From: Klebsiella pneumoniae
GTDB lineage: Bacteria; Pseudomonadota; Gammaproteobacteria; Pseudomonadales; CAMAPQ01
Assembly: GCA_945860125.1 (NCBI GenBank)
Contig: CAMAPQ010000001.1
Coordinates: 14,187 to 78,186, forward strand
Length of the DNA stretch: 64,000 nt
Reading direction: 5' to 3'
Positions within the stretch are counted from its first letter, which is position 1; each line of letters starts with the position of its first letter. The translations under genes were made by a program, and so were the position numbers. Positions 61,172-64,000 of the stretch are shown here, piece after piece. The notes under the pieces were generated by a model that saw only the letters and a program-made list of their open reading frames with translations, was not told where the DNA came from and did no database searches.

Positions 61172-61642
61172 TCACAGATCAGAAATTAAAGACTCAAGCA
61201 AATGCTTATGCTGTGCTTTATCAACGCTAGACTGAATAATTTTTTCAGCACCCTGAACAACCAAGCCAGATAACTGTAACCTCAACAGATCCTTGGCCTT
61301 CCCAAACTCAAGAGCAATTTCAGAAGCAGCAGACAGCTTGATCTTTTCGCCCTCAACTTTAGCGCGATCCTTAGCATCCTCAATGATCTGAAGAGCTCTC
61401 TTATTAGCCTGCTCTACAAGCTGTGCAGCCTGTTTTTTTGCTTCTTCCAATGCCTGATCAGAGGCGGCTCTAGAATTATCAAGCAGCCTACGTGACTCTT
61501 CTGCATCTCTCAACCCGGTTGATATCCTATTCTGCCGCTCTTCCATAGCGCTTATTAGCGGAGGCCAAACATAGCGCATACAGAAAAAAGCAAAAAGAAT
61601 AAACGAAACTATTTGCCCAAGAAGTGTGAGATTTATATTCAC
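61172..61642 (-). CDS. atpF: F0 ATP synthase subunit b
   Basis: MNINLTLLGQ..SF..F..FCM.YVWPPL..A...R followed by a long charged helix. Confidence 0.92.
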   Translation of the reverse strand: MNINLTLLGQIVSFILFAFFCMRYVWPPLISAMEERQNRISTGLRDAEESRRLLDNSRAASDQALEEAKKQAAQLVEQANKRALQIIEDAKDRAKVEGEKIKLSAASEIALEFGKAKDLLRLQLSGLVVQGAEKIIQSSVDKAQHKHLLESLISDL

Positions 61643-61678
61643 ACCGCGACTCCTATAAGATGACGTACGTTAACAAAA

Positions 61679-61936
<258 letters not shown>

Positions 61937-61983
61937 TTAACCTCCTTAAAGGCACAGTTTGAAAAAATAAAGAACCCCCCCAG

Positions 61984-62832
<849 letters not shown>

Positions 62833-62851
62833 TTAAAATAAGGCTCAGAAG

Positions 62852-63244
62852 TTAAGCCCGAGAAGTAACATCATGCCGCCTAAATCTTGCATTAAAAAGA
62901 ATAAATACAAAAGAAGCCTGAGCACCGACAAAGCCGCAAACAACAAAAAGAGCAGCATCAGGACCAAACGCTAAAAAAAAGAACTTCAAAAAAAACATAA
63001 AAAAAACAACTTTCGCAATCTCGCCAATACAAGCGAAAGCGAGTATTGCGCGCGCAAATCTTGCCCCAGCAAGGCCGAACAATAAAAGAGCAAAAATAAG
63101 CTGGCCCAGAAAGTTAACTGAAAAACCAGAGAGAACCCAAATTAGTTTTGGGTAACCATAGAAGCAAAAAATTACTGGCGCAACAAACAAAACAAGCAAA
63201 GCTTGTAAACACAAAAAAGATCTCAAACTTGAAAGATCCCTCAT
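62852..63244 (-). CDS. atpI: ATP synthase protein I
   Basis: 130-aa hydrophobic protein directly upstream of atpB (positional assignment). Confidence 0.7.
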   Translation of the reverse strand: MRDLSSLRSFLCLQALLVLFVAPVIFCFYGYPKLIWVLSGFSVNFLGQLIFALLLFGLAGARFARAILAFACIGEIAKVVFFMFFLKFFFLAFGPDAALFVVCGFVGAQASFVFILFNARFRRHDVTSRA

Positions 63245-63466
63245 TACAAACCAACCCGATATGATTTTTACTATAAAATAGCCGCTTTTCCATCTGACAA
63301 AAAAATAAAGCAGCCATAGTATAGAGAGTTATTTTTCTATATGCAACCTCTTGATTAATTGCTATTATTTTCAAAAAAATAAGCAGGTTTTTCTAGATAA
63401 GACCCACAAAAAAACACGATAAAAATAGATAGAGCCCTGCTCTTAAAAAACACAAAAAGAATATTT

Positions 63467-63495
63467 TTGCAATTTATCTCCCACAGAAGTAAAAT
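63467..63495 (+). promoter_or_regulatory. Candidate sigma-70 promoter for rpsU
   Basis: TTGCAA - 17 nt - TAAAAT, ~130 nt upstream of the rpsU ATG. Confidence 0.35.
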
Positions 63496-63623
63496 GCACG
63501 TCCGATCGTTATAGCCGAGTAAAGTATGAGCATGTTTATCGTCTCTTTTTGGCTATACTACGAAGCGGAACTGATTTTTTTGACTTCTAAATAACCCTTA
63601 AGCAGAGATAAAGGTGAGACTGA

Positions 63624-63839
63624 ATGCCACAAGTGATCGTGAAAGACAATGAACCATTTGATGTTGCCATGCGTAGATTTAAACGTTCTTGCGAAAAAGC
63701 AGGCGTTTTAGCAGAAGTAAGAAGAAGAGAAGCTTACGAGAAGCCAACACAAATACGCAAAAGAAAAGCAGCAGCAGCGGTCAAGCGTCATGCGAAAAAA
63801 ATGATGCGCGATATAACCAAAAGAAAACGCATGTATTAA
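63624..63839 (+). CDS. rpsU: 30S ribosomal protein S21
   Basis: [48 protein letters not shown]. Confidence 0.96.
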   Translation: MPQVIVKDNEPFDVAMRRFKRSCEKAGVLAEVRRREAYEKPTQIRKRKAAAAVKRHAKKMMRDITKRKRMY

Positions 63840-64000
63840 TAATTAATATAGATGCCAACAGATCCGAATCTGAGCAAGCCGTAAAAACGGTTTGCTCCAT
63901 TCCTGCCTAACTTGCCTTTGTTAGCAAGACGACCCCCTAGTTAAAAATTTCCGCCTACATATTCAAATATACTAAATGTATTTTTTACTCTATTGATTGA

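Noticed and set aside
63114-63374. 86-aa minus-strand ORF overlapping the atpI 5' end
   Set aside because: It is out of frame with and overlaps atpI, and has no motif. It is probably a chance ORF in AT-rich leader sequence.

Overview
Visibly AT-rich chromosomal segment of a gammaproteobacterium; I cannot assign the lineage from sequence alone. Core gene order is gamma-like: atpIBEFHAGDC-glmUS, gmk-rpoZ-spoT, rpsF-rpsR-rplI-dnaB-alr-radA, ssrS-ygfA, ubiCA and glnK-amtB. The only clearly accessory part is the left ~10.4 kb, which holds part of a Ysc/Psc-family type III secretion (T3SS) locus. A truncated secretin gene sctC at the window edge is absent from the ORF track and was found by hand translation. 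It is translationally coupled to a YscB-like chaperone gene. Diverging from these is a tightly coupled operon: sctW (YopN and TyeA fused in one ORF), then SycN-like, YscX-like, YscY-like and sctV. No LcrG/LcrV/LcrH/YopB/YopD-type operon follows sctV. Instead there are two large orphan proteins with no motif I recognise: 479 aa with a 30-bp tandem repeat encoding an acidic Ser-rich tail, and 885 aa. Both have Ser-rich, acid-poor N-termini and are my best candidates for undescribed T3SS substrates. The remaining ~53 kb is ordinary housekeeping. Extras there include a 6S RNA with a near-consensus promoter, an unannotated 55-aa rubredoxin next to its reductase, and a single-domain globin bracketed by hairpins. 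There are also two HDOD signalling proteins, a sigma-54 promoter upstream of glnK, several hairpin terminators and a few small orphan ORFs. I saw no CRISPR array, IS element, integrase, tRNA or rRNA gene. All homology statements rest on my reading of the translations and recalled family motifs. No database search was run.
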